A stretch of DNA of 64,000 nt from an uncultured Gemmatimonas sp. (lineage in GTDB: Bacteria; Gemmatimonadota; Gemmatimonadetes; Gemmatimonadales; Gemmatimonadaceae). Made by a program: the position numbers and the translations under genes. Below the pieces are notes generated by a model. It was not told the origin of the DNA. It made no database searches and saw only the letters and a list, made by a program, of their open reading frames with translations. The stretch spans positions 26 through 64,025 of the forward strand of contig CAYPYY010000003.1 of assembly GCA_964414995.1 (NCBI GenBank), given 5' to 3'. The first letter of the stretch is position 1, and each line of letters opens with the position of its first letter. Of the stretch, positions 1-10,920 are shown in pieces.

Positions 1-1
1 C

Positions 2-2038
<2,037 letters not shown>

Positions 2039-2077
2039 GCGCGCGCTAGATTTTCTGCTCGCCCTCAACCGCGGATT

Positions 2078-3232
2078 ATGCCCGAGCTCGAGCGACGTGT
2101 CCTGATCGTTGATGACGACACCGCCGTGCTGCAATCGTCGGCGCTGCTGCTCAGCAAGGTCGGCTTCGTGGTGGACACCGCGGAGTCGGGCGACGAGGCG
2201 TTACGGATGCTCAACGAGCGTTCGTACAACGCAATCTGCTCCGACATCAATATGGACGGGATGTCCGGGCTCGACCTGCTGCGGGCGATCCGCGAGCGCG
2301 ATCTCGACACGCCGGTCATCCTGATTACGGGCGGGCCGTCATTGCAGACGGCGATTGACGCGATGGCGTGGGGGGCGCACCGCTACCTGCTCAAGCCGGT
2401 GACGCCCAAGGAAATGATCGAGACGGTGTCGCGGGCGGTGCTGTTGGCCGATCTCGCGCGCCTAAAACGCGAAGCCCTCGCGCTGCGCGGCGTACACGGC
2501 GCGGCCTTGGGCGACGAGGCCGCACTGCACGCCGCATTCACGAGTGCGCTCGGCAAGATCCGGATGGTGTTCCACCCCATCATCTCGATCAGCGAGCGTC
2601 GCTCGATCGGGTTCGAGGCCCTGATGCGGTCGGGCGAGCCGACGCTGGCGAACCCCGAGGCCCTCATCAACACGGCGGAACTGCTGAACCGTGTGGGCGA
2701 ACTCACCCACGCCGTGTACTCGGAAATCGCCAGGCGCGCGGCGGCACTGCCGCCCGGCCGCCTGCTCTTCGTCAACGTGCACCCGCCGGACCTGCTGGAG
2801 CCCGCACTGCACGGCATCGGCTCGCCGTTGGCGCCCTTTGCGGACCGGATCATTCTGGAGATCACCGAACGCACGAGCATCGAGAAGATGGGCGACCTCT
2901 CGGGTGTCGTGGCCGACCTGCGGCGGCTCAATTACCGCCTCGCGGTGGACGACCTGGGCACGGGATACGCCGGACTCGCGAGTTTCACGCAGCTGAACCC
3001 CGAGTTCGTGAAGCTGGACCGCTCGCTGGTCGAGGGAATTGATACGAACCCGGTGAAGCAGCGGGTCGTGCGCGCGATGAATGCGCTGTGCGCGGACCTC
3101 AAGATGCGCGTGATCTCGGAAGGTGTCGAGACAAACGCGGAGAAGGATATGCTGCGCTCGCTCGGAGCGGATCTGATCCAGGGCTACGTGTTCGGGCGGC
3201 CGGCGGCGGAGTTTGTGGAGCCGCGGCTGTAG
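2078..3232 (+). CDS. Response regulator with REC + EAL domains (c-di-GMP phosphodiesterase)
   Basis: REC: LIVDDD, SDINMDGMSG, LLKP; EAL: GFEALMR, FVNV, LEITE, DDLGTGY, FVKLD, EGVE, QGY. Confidence 0.9.
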   Translation: MPELERRVLIVDDDTAVLQSSALLLSKVGFVVDTAESGDEALRMLNERSYNAICSDINMDGMSGLDLLRAIRERDLDTPVILITGGPSLQTAIDAMAWGAHRYLLKPVTPKEMIETVSRAVLLADLARLKREALALRGVHGAALGDEAALHAAFTSALGKIRMVFHPIISISERRSIGFEALMRSGEPTLANPEALINTAELLNRVGELTHAVYSEIARRAAALPPGRLLFVNVHPPDLLEPALHGIGSPLAPFADRIILEITERTSIEKMGDLSGVVADLRRLNYRLAVDDLGTGYAGLASFTQLNPEFVKLDRSLVEGIDTNPVKQRVVRAMNALCADLKMRVISEGVETNAEKDMLRSLGADLIQGYVFGRPAAEFVEPRL

Positions 3233-3318
3233 GAGCGCTCCACGCGCACAGTCGGCGCGGATACTTTTCATACAGGCACGCTGCCCTGCGGCGCGCCGCC
3301 CCCCGACCGAGATGACCG

Positions 3319-4488
3319 ATGACGCGTGACGTCGCCCCCGCCCATCCCCCGCTAACCCAACTCACCGACGACGAGCTCGCGTTCCGCGACGCCGTCGCCG
3401 CCTTCGCCGCCGGTGAAGTCCGCCCGCGTTCCGCGCAGATGGAGCGCGACGCCAAGCTCGATCCCGCCCTCATCAAGGGCTACTTCGAGATGGGCCTGAT
3501 GGGCATCCAGGCGCCCGAGCGCTTCGGTGGCGCCGACGGCAGCGTGATGATGGTCGCGCTCGCCGTCGAGGAACTCTCCAAGGTGGATGGCGCCTCGGCC
3601 ATTATGGTCGACGTGCAGAACACGCTCGTCGCGCATCCGCTGCTGTCCGCGGGCAACCCGGCCCAGCTCGAGAAGTGGCTGCCGATGCTCTGCTCGGGCA
3701 CGGTCGGCGCGTACGCGCTCTCAGAGGCCTCAAGCGGATCCGACGCCTTCGGACTGCAGACGCGCGCCACGAAGGTGGATGGCGGATGGCGCATCACCGG
3801 CCGGAAGCTGTGGATCACGAACGGCGCCGAGGCGGGCCTCTACGTGCTCTTCGCCACGGTGGACCCGAGCAAGGGCTACAAGGGCATCACCGCGTTCGTG
3901 ATCGAGCGCGAGATGCCGGGCTTCGCCGTCGGCAAGAAGGAGGACAAGCTCGGCATTCGTGCCTCGAGCACGACGGAGCTCATCCTCGAGGACGTGTTCG
4001 TCCCCGACTTCAACGTGCTGGGCCCGGTCGGCCAGGGGTACAAGATCGCGATCGAGACGCTGAACGAAGGCCGCATCGGCATCGGTGCGCAGATGATCGG
4101 CATTGCGCAGGGCGCGCTCGACGCCACGGTCGCGTACGTGAAGGAGCGCCAGCAGTTCGGGAAGTCCATCGCCGAATTCCAGGGCGTGCAGTTCCAGCTC
4201 GCGCAGGTGGCCACGGAGCTCGAGGCGGCGCGGTTGATGGTCTACAACGCCGCGCGAGTCCGCGACGCCGGCGGCGACATCGCGCAGGTGGGCGCGATGG
4301 CCAAGCTGTTCTCCAGCCAGGTCTGCGAGCGCGTGACCTCGCTCGCGGTGGAGCTCCACGGCGGCTACGGCTACACCAAGGATTATCCCGTCGAGAAGTA
4401 CTATCGCGACGCCAAGATCGGCACGATCTACGAAGGGACGTCGAATATGCAGCTCGCGACGATTGCGAAGGGCCTGCTGAAGGGCTGA
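3319..4488 (+). CDS. Acyl-CoA dehydrogenase (short/branched-chain type)
   Basis: YALSEASSGSDA, KLWITNG, KLGIRAS, RQQFGK, HGGYGY, IYEGTSNMQ. Confidence 0.93.
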   Translation: MTRDVAPAHPPLTQLTDDELAFRDAVAAFAAGEVRPRSAQMERDAKLDPALIKGYFEMGLMGIQAPERFGGADGSVMMVALAVEELSKVDGASAIMVDVQNTLVAHPLLSAGNPAQLEKWLPMLCSGTVGAYALSEASSGSDAFGLQTRATKVDGGWRITGRKLWITNGAEAGLYVLFATVDPSKGYKGITAFVIEREMPGFAVGKKEDKLGIRASSTTELILEDVFVPDFNVLGPVGQGYKIAIETLNEGRIGIGAQMIGIAQGALDATVAYVKERQQFGKSIAEFQGVQFQLAQVATELEAARLMVYNAARVRDAGGDIAQVGAMAKLFSSQVCERVTSLAVELHGGYGYTKDYPVEKYYRDAKIGTIYEGTSNMQLATIAKGLLKG

Positions 4489-4502
4489 GTCGCAGCGGCA
4501 GC

Positions 4503-5954
4503 CTAGACGGGCGACTTCGGCGGCGCCGCGAGCGAGATCACGAGGTAGGTGATCAGGCTCGTCACCAGGGTCAGACCCGTCACCGTGACGCCAGTGGGGA
4601 GCGCGAGCCATCGCAGCCACGCTGCCGTCTCGAGTCCGAACGTGAGCGCGAGTCCCGCCGCGATGCTGGCCACGGCGGCCGCGCGCGTGCCGCCTTTCCA
4701 CGTGAGCCCGATCGCCAGCGCGGGCACGAGGGTGGACGCAAAGAGCCCGTAGCCGAAGATGCCGAGGAACGCGACCAGCGTTCCGCTGAGCTGGGCAGTG
4801 AGCGCACCAGCGACGCTGAGCACGCCGGTCCACGCACGGCCCGCGCGCAGCTTGCGCGCCTCGGCAAGCGGGCGCGCAAAGGCCGTCGGCAGATCGTGCG
4901 TGATGGCCGCCGCACCGATGTTCAGGAACGAGTTGACGGTGCTCATTATCGCGGCCGCCACGCCGGCAAACACGAGCGCGGCGACGAGCTCCGGGACAAA
5001 CTCAAGGAGAAAGCGCGGCGTCGCGTCGTCCGGAGAGCGCAGCGCGGTCCAGTGGCCACGCAGCACCAGCGACTTGGCGGCGAGGCCCACGCCCACGAAG
5101 AGCAGCTGCGCGAGCAGCATCGCCAGCGTCATTAGGATCGGATACCAGCGCAGGCGCGACGCGTCGCGGAGCATATAGTACTTGTGCGCAATATGCGGCT
5201 GCCCCAACGAGCCGACGGCGAACACGAAGAAGAACGACAGCGCCACCATCGCGCCGCGCATCCCCCAGGGCCCGATGAACGTGGCGTCGACCGCCTGCAC
5301 GGCACGCGTGATGGCGGCGAGTCCCTCGCCCGCGTCCAGCGCGTACACAAACACCACCGTGCTCGCGACCGCCATCAGCGTGCCCTGGAAGACGTCCACC
5401 CAGATGCCCGCGAGAATTCCACCGGATGCCGAGTAGGCGAGCACGACCAGCGCGCCTAGCCAGATGGCCGTCGCGAGCGGGACACCGAACAGCGACTGCA
5501 CCACCACGCCGAGCGCCAAGAAGTTGGTGCCGATGTACCCGATGACGCCGACGAGAATCGCCACGGCCGCGAGTCCCTGCACCGCACGCGAGTCGTACCG
5601 CACGCGGAGCGCGTCGGGGATGGTGACCAGCCGGTGTCGTGCACCGAGGGCGCGCAGTCGCGCGCCGATCACGAGCGCGCCGTACGTGTTCGTCAGCGCT
5701 GCCGGCAAGATGATGAACACCGCCGTCAGTCCGATCGAGTACACCAGCCCGGGGCCGCCAATGAACGCGAACCCCGAGAGCGTGGACGCCATCGCGGCAA
5801 TCGCGAATGGCACCAGACCCACGCCACGCGCGGCCACGAAGAACGCCTCGGCGTCGCGCGTGCGACGCGCGGCGAGCCAGCCGATGAGTCCGCAGGCCGC
5901 GAAGTATGCGAGGCCCACGACGAGCATCGTCGCCGAGAGTCCGCGTTCAGTCAC
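4503..5954 (-). CDS. Sodium:solute symporter (SSS/PutP-like)
   Basis: Multi-TM protein with ASTLSGFAFIGGPG, GQPH, AAIMSTVNS; GTG start at 5954 overlaps the stop of the upstream gene. Confidence 0.85.
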   Translation of the reverse strand: MTERGLSATMLVVGLAYFAACGLIGWLAARRTRDAEAFFVAARGVGLVPFAIAAMASTLSGFAFIGGPGLVYSIGLTAVFIILPAALTNTYGALVIGARLRALGARHRLVTIPDALRVRYDSRAVQGLAAVAILVGVIGYIGTNFLALGVVVQSLFGVPLATAIWLGALVVLAYSASGGILAGIWVDVFQGTLMAVASTVVFVYALDAGEGLAAITRAVQAVDATFIGPWGMRGAMVALSFFFVFAVGSLGQPHIAHKYYMLRDASRLRWYPILMTLAMLLAQLLFVGVGLAAKSLVLRGHWTALRSPDDATPRFLLEFVPELVAALVFAGVAAAIMSTVNSFLNIGAAAITHDLPTAFARPLAEARKLRAGRAWTGVLSVAGALTAQLSGTLVAFLGIFGYGLFASTLVPALAIGLTWKGGTRAAAVASIAAGLALTFGLETAAWLRWLALPTGVTVTGLTLVTSLITYLVISLAAPPKSPV

Positions 5955-6333
5955 GGTCCGCCACCTCGCGCGGGAACGCCCACGCGTACGCGAGCGGGAG
6001 GAGCACGAGCGGCACGAAGCCCACGAGGAGGAGCAGCAACGCCGTCTCGAGCGGGAGGCCGAACAGCAATGGGCCCCCTGCCGCCGGCGCCGCACGCAAC
6101 AGCGCGACGGCGAACCCGGCAAAGGTAGAGGCGCAGGCCACAAGCACCGCAGCCGCGAGTCGCGGACTCCGCTCGCCCGCACCGAGCAAGCCCAAGCCTG
6201 CCAGCACCGCGATCGCGCCGACGGCCAGCAGCCACGGTGCCAGCGCACCCGAGTCCAGGAAGACGGCGAGGTAGCTCGCGGCCACCGCGAGCGACCCGAG
6301 CAGGAGCAGCGAAATGGCAGCGCGCGTGATCAC
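5947..6333 (-). CDS. Small membrane protein coupled to the SSS symporter
   Basis: 128 aa, about 4 hydrophobic segments, C-terminal LFGLPL..L..YAW pattern like small SSS partner proteins; overlaps symporter start. Confidence 0.7.
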   Translation of the reverse strand: MITRAAISLLLLGSLAVAASYLAVFLDSGALAPWLLAVGAIAVLAGLGLLGAGERSPRLAAAVLVACASTFAGFAVALLRAAPAAGGPLLFGLPLETALLLLLVGFVPLVLLPLAYAWAFPREVADRD

Positions 6334-6344
6334 GCGTGGAAGCT

Positions 6345-6386
6345 AAAAAGCTGCGGGCGGGCGCGCCGAAGCACGCCCGCCCGCAG
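6345..6386 (-). terminator. Intrinsic terminator after the M14 gene
   Basis: Minus strand: 16-bp stem (one G-U) closed by a TTCG loop, followed by CTTTTT. Confidence 0.8.
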
Positions 6387-6409
6387 TCCCGCCTTCGTGC
6401 GACGCTTTG

Positions 6410-9178
6410 CTAGCGCGTCGCGTACAGTCCGTTGAACACCAGCTTGAACGTCCCGTGCGGCTGCGCCCGGAACAGCGCCTCCGGCCCGATGAGACGCACG
6501 GTGCCGCGCCCCACGCTAGCGTCGGCCGCGGCCACACCACCCTGCAGGAAGTTCTCACCCCAGGCCCAGCCGCTGCGCAGTGGCGTCGCGGTGTCGAACC
6601 ACGCAATCGGCCGCACGCCACGAGCGAGCGCGTCGGGGGCCAACCGGAACACGGGCGAGTTGTCGAACATCACGATGGCGCGCGACTCCATTCCCGCCGC
6701 GGCCGGCGTGCTGTTGTCCACCGCGACCTCGAGCAACGACCCCGGCACGTAGAACTTCTCGCTGCCGAGTTCACGCTCGCTGCCATCCGGGCTGCGCTCA
6801 ACCAAGTGATTCGAGAGCGGCAAGCCAAGGTGCTCCGCGAGGTTCGTGGAGCTGCCGATGGTGATCACCATTCCGCCCGCCTCTGCAAATGCCTTGATCT
6901 GCGGAATCGTGCGCTCGGCGGTCACGTTGCCGACCCAGCGACGGAACTCCGCCGGGAGCGACGCCGTGTCCGGGCCGGCTCCACCGCCACCGAACCCGCC
7001 GCCCTGCCCCGTGCCGCGCGGCGCGGGGATCGCGCCGTCCACAAAGATCAGCGCGTCAAACTTGCGGTTCAGGTTGCCGGCGTCGAGCTCCTGCGGATAC
7101 ACGACGGTGAACGGGAACTCGTACTGCTCGAGCAGCCAGCGCGTCCAGCCGCTGGGCATCGAGCCGCCGTAGCGATCCCACAGACCGATGCGCATCGGGC
7201 GCACGGCGGTGGCGCCGGCGGCGTTGCCGGCCGTGAACGAGAGACCGAGCTCGCGCGCGGCGCGCTCGACGATCGGGCGGCTCGTGCCGGTGGCCGGGAC
7301 GATCCAAGTGCCGTCGGCCTTGCGACTCACCGCAACGTTCGCCTTGAGCAGGCGATTGACGACGATGAACGCGTCGTTGTGTGCGCCCGAGAGAGCCCAG
7401 GTGCCGCCGCTCGCCACCGTGCCCGCCGGCGGCGTGACGCGCGCCGTCGGCGCGATCTTCTCGAACGGTCCGTCGAGCGCGTCGAGTACGCGGTCGTACT
7501 GCACACCCATCTGCATCGCCAGCGTCCAGCCGGCGTTGTCGTACGGCGGCGTCGGCGGCCCGCCCGGCACGCGGAAGTCGTTCGGATGGTCCTGCGGCTC
7601 GAACATATCGAGCACGTGCGCGCCGAAGGCCTGGCCGGTCCGCACGACATACGAGCCGGCCGGATACTGCTTGCCGCCGTGCGAGAAGGCGGCGGTCGCG
7701 CGGTGCACGTCAATGCCCGCCTTCTGCAGGGCGACGATGAAGCGCACGGCGGTCGGGAAGTCGCGCTGGTTCGCCGGCACGATGTACGCGCGCGGATCAC
7801 GCGTGGACGGCGAGCGCAGCGCGGCCATCATCTGCTGGCCGGCCTCGCCGGTGCGCTGCTGCGCCGCGTTGCCAAAGCCACCGAGGAACGCCATCGCGTT
7901 GTTGCCGGTGTTCTGCGCGCGACGCTCACGGTTCTCTGCGTCAATGCGCGCCTGCACGGCCGCGTTTCGCTTGGGCCAGATCGTCCAACTGTCGCGATTG
8001 CCCTGCGCGATGCGGTCGCTGCCCATCTTCCAGATGTTGTACAGGAAGATCTCGCGGTTGCGCGACACGACGTCGAGCACCGCACGGTTGGCGGTCACCG
8101 AGTAGTCCACTGACTGCCGGAACTTCCACGGACCCGGCTGCACGGGCAGCGGCAGGTCCGCGCTCGAGATCTGGCGCGACGCGATGAACGGAATCTCCAT
8201 CGGCGTCGGATTGCCGATCGTCTCCGTGAGGAGGCCGATCATATTGTGGAAGTACACGGTCGTGCGCAGTCCGCCGTTCCACCACGTCGAGTAGCCGGCG
8301 CCCAGGCGCATCACCACGCCACCCTTCTCCTCCTGCACGAAGCGGTGGTGCATCGCGCCACCGACGACGTCGAGTCCGGTGCGGATGAGCGGGTGGATGT
8401 GGAAGTTCATCGGGTCGCGGAACGGCGGCGCGAACATCACGGTGCCCGCAGGACCCGTCTGGTGATGGTTGTACATCACCTGCGGATACCACTCCGTGTA
8501 CAGCACCCGATTCATATTCTCCGACTCGGGCTGCGCGGCGAGATAGAAGTCGCGGTTGTTGTCGTGCCCGATGTACTTCTGGTAAAGCCGCGGAATCGTG
8601 TTGTAGCTGCGGCGCCGCGGATCGCTGTTGCGCATATACCAGTCGGCGACCAACTCCATTCCGTCGGGATTCGCGTGCACCATCACGACGATCAGGTCGT
8701 TGCGGAACCGCGTGGTTTCCTCGTCGTTGCCACTCACGAGCTGCCAGCTCGTCTCGAGCAGCTGGTTGGCGCCGAGCACCTCGGTGGCGTGGAGCCCACC
8801 GTCAATCCACACGATGCCCTTGCCTTCCTTGGAGAGCTGCCGCGCCTCGGCCTCGTTGACGCCCTCGGCCCGCGCGAGGCGCTCGGCGATGCGTCGATAG
8901 CGCTCCTTGTTGCGCAGGTTCTCCGGGCTGGAGATGATGGCCATCACCTGCGGACGGCCCTCGGCCGTCGTGCCGATGGTGTCGAGCTCCATCCGGTCCG
9001 ACTCGTTGGCGAGCCGAATCCAGTACTCGAGGAACTTGGTGTAGTTGGGGAGCACGTAGTCGGCACCGATTTCGTGGCCGAAGAACTCCCTGGGTGACGT
9101 GAGCCGCTGCTGAGCCGCGAGCGGAAGGGCGAAGACGGCGGCCAGGACGACCGCGTGGCGGAAGGAACGCCAGGACAT
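6410..9178 (-). CDS. Secreted M14 family zinc carboxypeptidase-like protein
   Basis: Signal peptide; DGGLHATE (HxxE), NPDG, DNNRD, YNHHQ; C-terminal class-I glutamine-amidotransferase-like region. Confidence 0.88.
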   Translation of the reverse strand: MSWRSFRHAVVLAAVFALPLAAQQRLTSPREFFGHEIGADYVLPNYTKFLEYWIRLANESDRMELDTIGTTAEGRPQVMAIISSPENLRNKERYRRIAERLARAEGVNEAEARQLSKEGKGIVWIDGGLHATEVLGANQLLETSWQLVSGNDEETTRFRNDLIVVMVHANPDGMELVADWYMRNSDPRRRSYNTIPRLYQKYIGHDNNRDFYLAAQPESENMNRVLYTEWYPQVMYNHHQTGPAGTVMFAPPFRDPMNFHIHPLIRTGLDVVGGAMHHRFVQEEKGGVVMRLGAGYSTWWNGGLRTTVYFHNMIGLLTETIGNPTPMEIPFIASRQISSADLPLPVQPGPWKFRQSVDYSVTANRAVLDVVSRNREIFLYNIWKMGSDRIAQGNRDSWTIWPKRNAAVQARIDAENRERRAQNTGNNAMAFLGGFGNAAQQRTGEAGQQMMAALRSPSTRDPRAYIVPANQRDFPTAVRFIVALQKAGIDVHRATAAFSHGGKQYPAGSYVVRTGQAFGAHVLDMFEPQDHPNDFRVPGGPPTPPYDNAGWTLAMQMGVQYDRVLDALDGPFEKIAPTARVTPPAGTVASGGTWALSGAHNDAFIVVNRLLKANVAVSRKADGTWIVPATGTSRPIVERAARELGLSFTAGNAAGATAVRPMRIGLWDRYGGSMPSGWTRWLLEQYEFPFTVVYPQELDAGNLNRKFDALIFVDGAIPAPRGTGQGGGFGGGGAGPDTASLPAEFRRWVGNVTAERTIPQIKAFAEAGGMVITIGSSTNLAEHLGLPLSNHLVERSPDGSERELGSEKFYVPGSLLEVAVDNSTPAAAGMESRAIVMFDNSPVFRLAPDALARGVRPIAWFDTATPLRSGWAWGENFLQGGVAAADASVGRGTVRLIGPEALFRAQPHGTFKLVFNGLYATR

Positions 9179-9318
9179 CGGGCAAAGCTCCGAAGTGGTG
9201 GAGAGAGGGTCCAGCTAGAAGGTTACGCTCAAATGGCCGCGGGCGCTGACCCCCCTGCCGCGCCGCTCCGGTCCTGTCATCTTGAACGGAGTCGAACGCC
9301 ACTTCGCCCCTCGCTTGA

Positions 9319-10866
9319 GTGCCTGCCACCGTGCGATTTCTCCTCTCGGTCCGCCGCGATTCCGCGCTTGCGCCGTCCAGCGCCTTGTCGCCCCTCCTAC
9401 CGATCGCGCTGGCGTGCGCGCTCACGCTCGCCCCACTGGCACACGCGGCGGCGCAGATGCCGGCGTCAGAGTTTTCCGCACGCCGTGAGGCGCTCGCGCG
9501 CAGCGTCGGCGACGGCATCACGCTGGTGCTTGGTGCACCCGAGATGGTGCCCGACTACAAGCTCTGGACGCAGTCGCCGCACTTCTACTACCTGACCGGC
9601 TTTCGCGAGCCGAGCACTGCCCTCGTACTCATCCGGACATCCGGCAACACGCGCGGCCTGCTCTTCGTGCAGCCCCGCAATCCGGCGCGGGAGGTATGGA
9701 ACGGCGTTCGGCTCGGCGTCGAAGGCGTGCAGCCGCGCTTCGGTCTCGACGGGCGCGACTGGGGCTCGTTCCCCCGCGTGCTCGACTCGCTGCTGACCGG
9801 CGCGTCCACGCTGCACGTGGTCGGCGACTTCGAGGGCAGCCCGCACGATCGCTCGGCGCACACGGAGATGCTCGATGCCATCAAGCGTCGGCATCCGCAG
9901 CTCCGGGTCAATGATGTGAGCGGCACCGTTGCGTCAATGCGCGGGCGTAAGAGCGCGACGGAGTTCGACCGGCTGCGGATTGCCGCTGGCATCAGCGCGC
10001 GCGGGCATCTCGCCGCGATTCGCCTGGCGACGCCTGGCGTCGGTGAGTTCGAGCTGCAAGCCGCTGCCGAGCACGTGTGGCGCGCAGAGGGTGGCGACGG
10101 GCCCGGATATCAGAGCATCCTCGGCTCCGGCCCCAACTCCACGATCCTGCACTACAACGCCAACAGCCGCATCACCGAGCCCGGCGACCTCGTCGTGATG
10201 GATATGGCGGCGATGTTCGACGGATACTCGGCCGATATCACACGGACGATTCCCGTGAGTGGCCGCTTCACGCCGGCACAGCGCGAGATCTACGAGATCG
10301 TGCTGGCTGCACAAGCCGCCGCCGAGCGGCAGGTGCGCCCGCGTTCGCCGGCCAAGGCGATGGTGGATTCGTCGAATGCGGCGCTCGCCGCGGGTCTCAC
10401 GCGCCTGGGCCTGATCGAGTCCCCGAGCGCGACGTACGACTGCGGGACTGCCGCGCGCCCACAGCTGTGCCCGCAGCTTGCGCTGTTCTATATGCACGGA
10501 CTTGGCCACGGCATCGGGCTCGAGGTGCACGACCCGGAGCAGTACTATGAGGCAGGGATGATTGACATCGGCAGTGCGTTTACGATCGAGCCGGGGATCT
10601 ATGTGCGTGGTCATCTCGCGGATATTCTGCCGGACACGCCGCGCAACCGGGCGTACGCCGCGCGAATTGCGCCGCTCCTCGCGCGCTACGGCGGGATCGG
10701 CGTGCGCATCGAGGATGACTACCTCGTCACGGCGAATGGCGTGGAGCGTCCGAGTGCCGAGGTGCCGCGCGACATTGATGCGCTCGAGCGACTGTTGGCG
10801 GAGCCGCGCACGGCGCGCGATCCGTCGGTGACGGCGCGGTATCGCCGGCACGCCACTGGGCGCTGA
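9319..10866 (+). CDS. Xaa-Pro aminopeptidase (M24B), probably exported; start uncertain
   Basis: FYYLTG N-domain, DMAAMFDGYSADITRT, HGLGHGIGLEVHD, TIEPG, GVRIEDD; hydrophobic leader ending AHA-AAQ. Confidence 0.88.
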   Translation: MPATVRFLLSVRRDSALAPSSALSPLLPIALACALTLAPLAHAAAQMPASEFSARREALARSVGDGITLVLGAPEMVPDYKLWTQSPHFYYLTGFREPSTALVLIRTSGNTRGLLFVQPRNPAREVWNGVRLGVEGVQPRFGLDGRDWGSFPRVLDSLLTGASTLHVVGDFEGSPHDRSAHTEMLDAIKRRHPQLRVNDVSGTVASMRGRKSATEFDRLRIAAGISARGHLAAIRLATPGVGEFELQAAAEHVWRAEGGDGPGYQSILGSGPNSTILHYNANSRITEPGDLVVMDMAAMFDGYSADITRTIPVSGRFTPAQREIYEIVLAAQAAAERQVRPRSPAKAMVDSSNAALAAGLTRLGLIESPSATYDCGTAARPQLCPQLALFYMHGLGHGIGLEVHDPEQYYEAGMIDIGSAFTIEPGIYVRGHLADILPDTPRNRAYAARIAPLLARYGGIGVRIEDDYLVTANGVERPSAEVPRDIDALERLLAEPRTARDPSVTARYRRHATGR

Positions 10867-10870
10867 CCCT

Positions 10871-10907
10871 GCGACCCGCCCCCGCAGATGCGCGAGGGGC
10901 GAGTCAC
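10871..10907 (-). terminator. GC-rich hairpin between convergent M24 and M61 genes
   Basis: Imperfect inverted repeat whose mismatches become G-U pairs on the minus strand; no clear U tract. Confidence 0.45.
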
Positions 10908-10920
10908 GTTGACCTGATCG

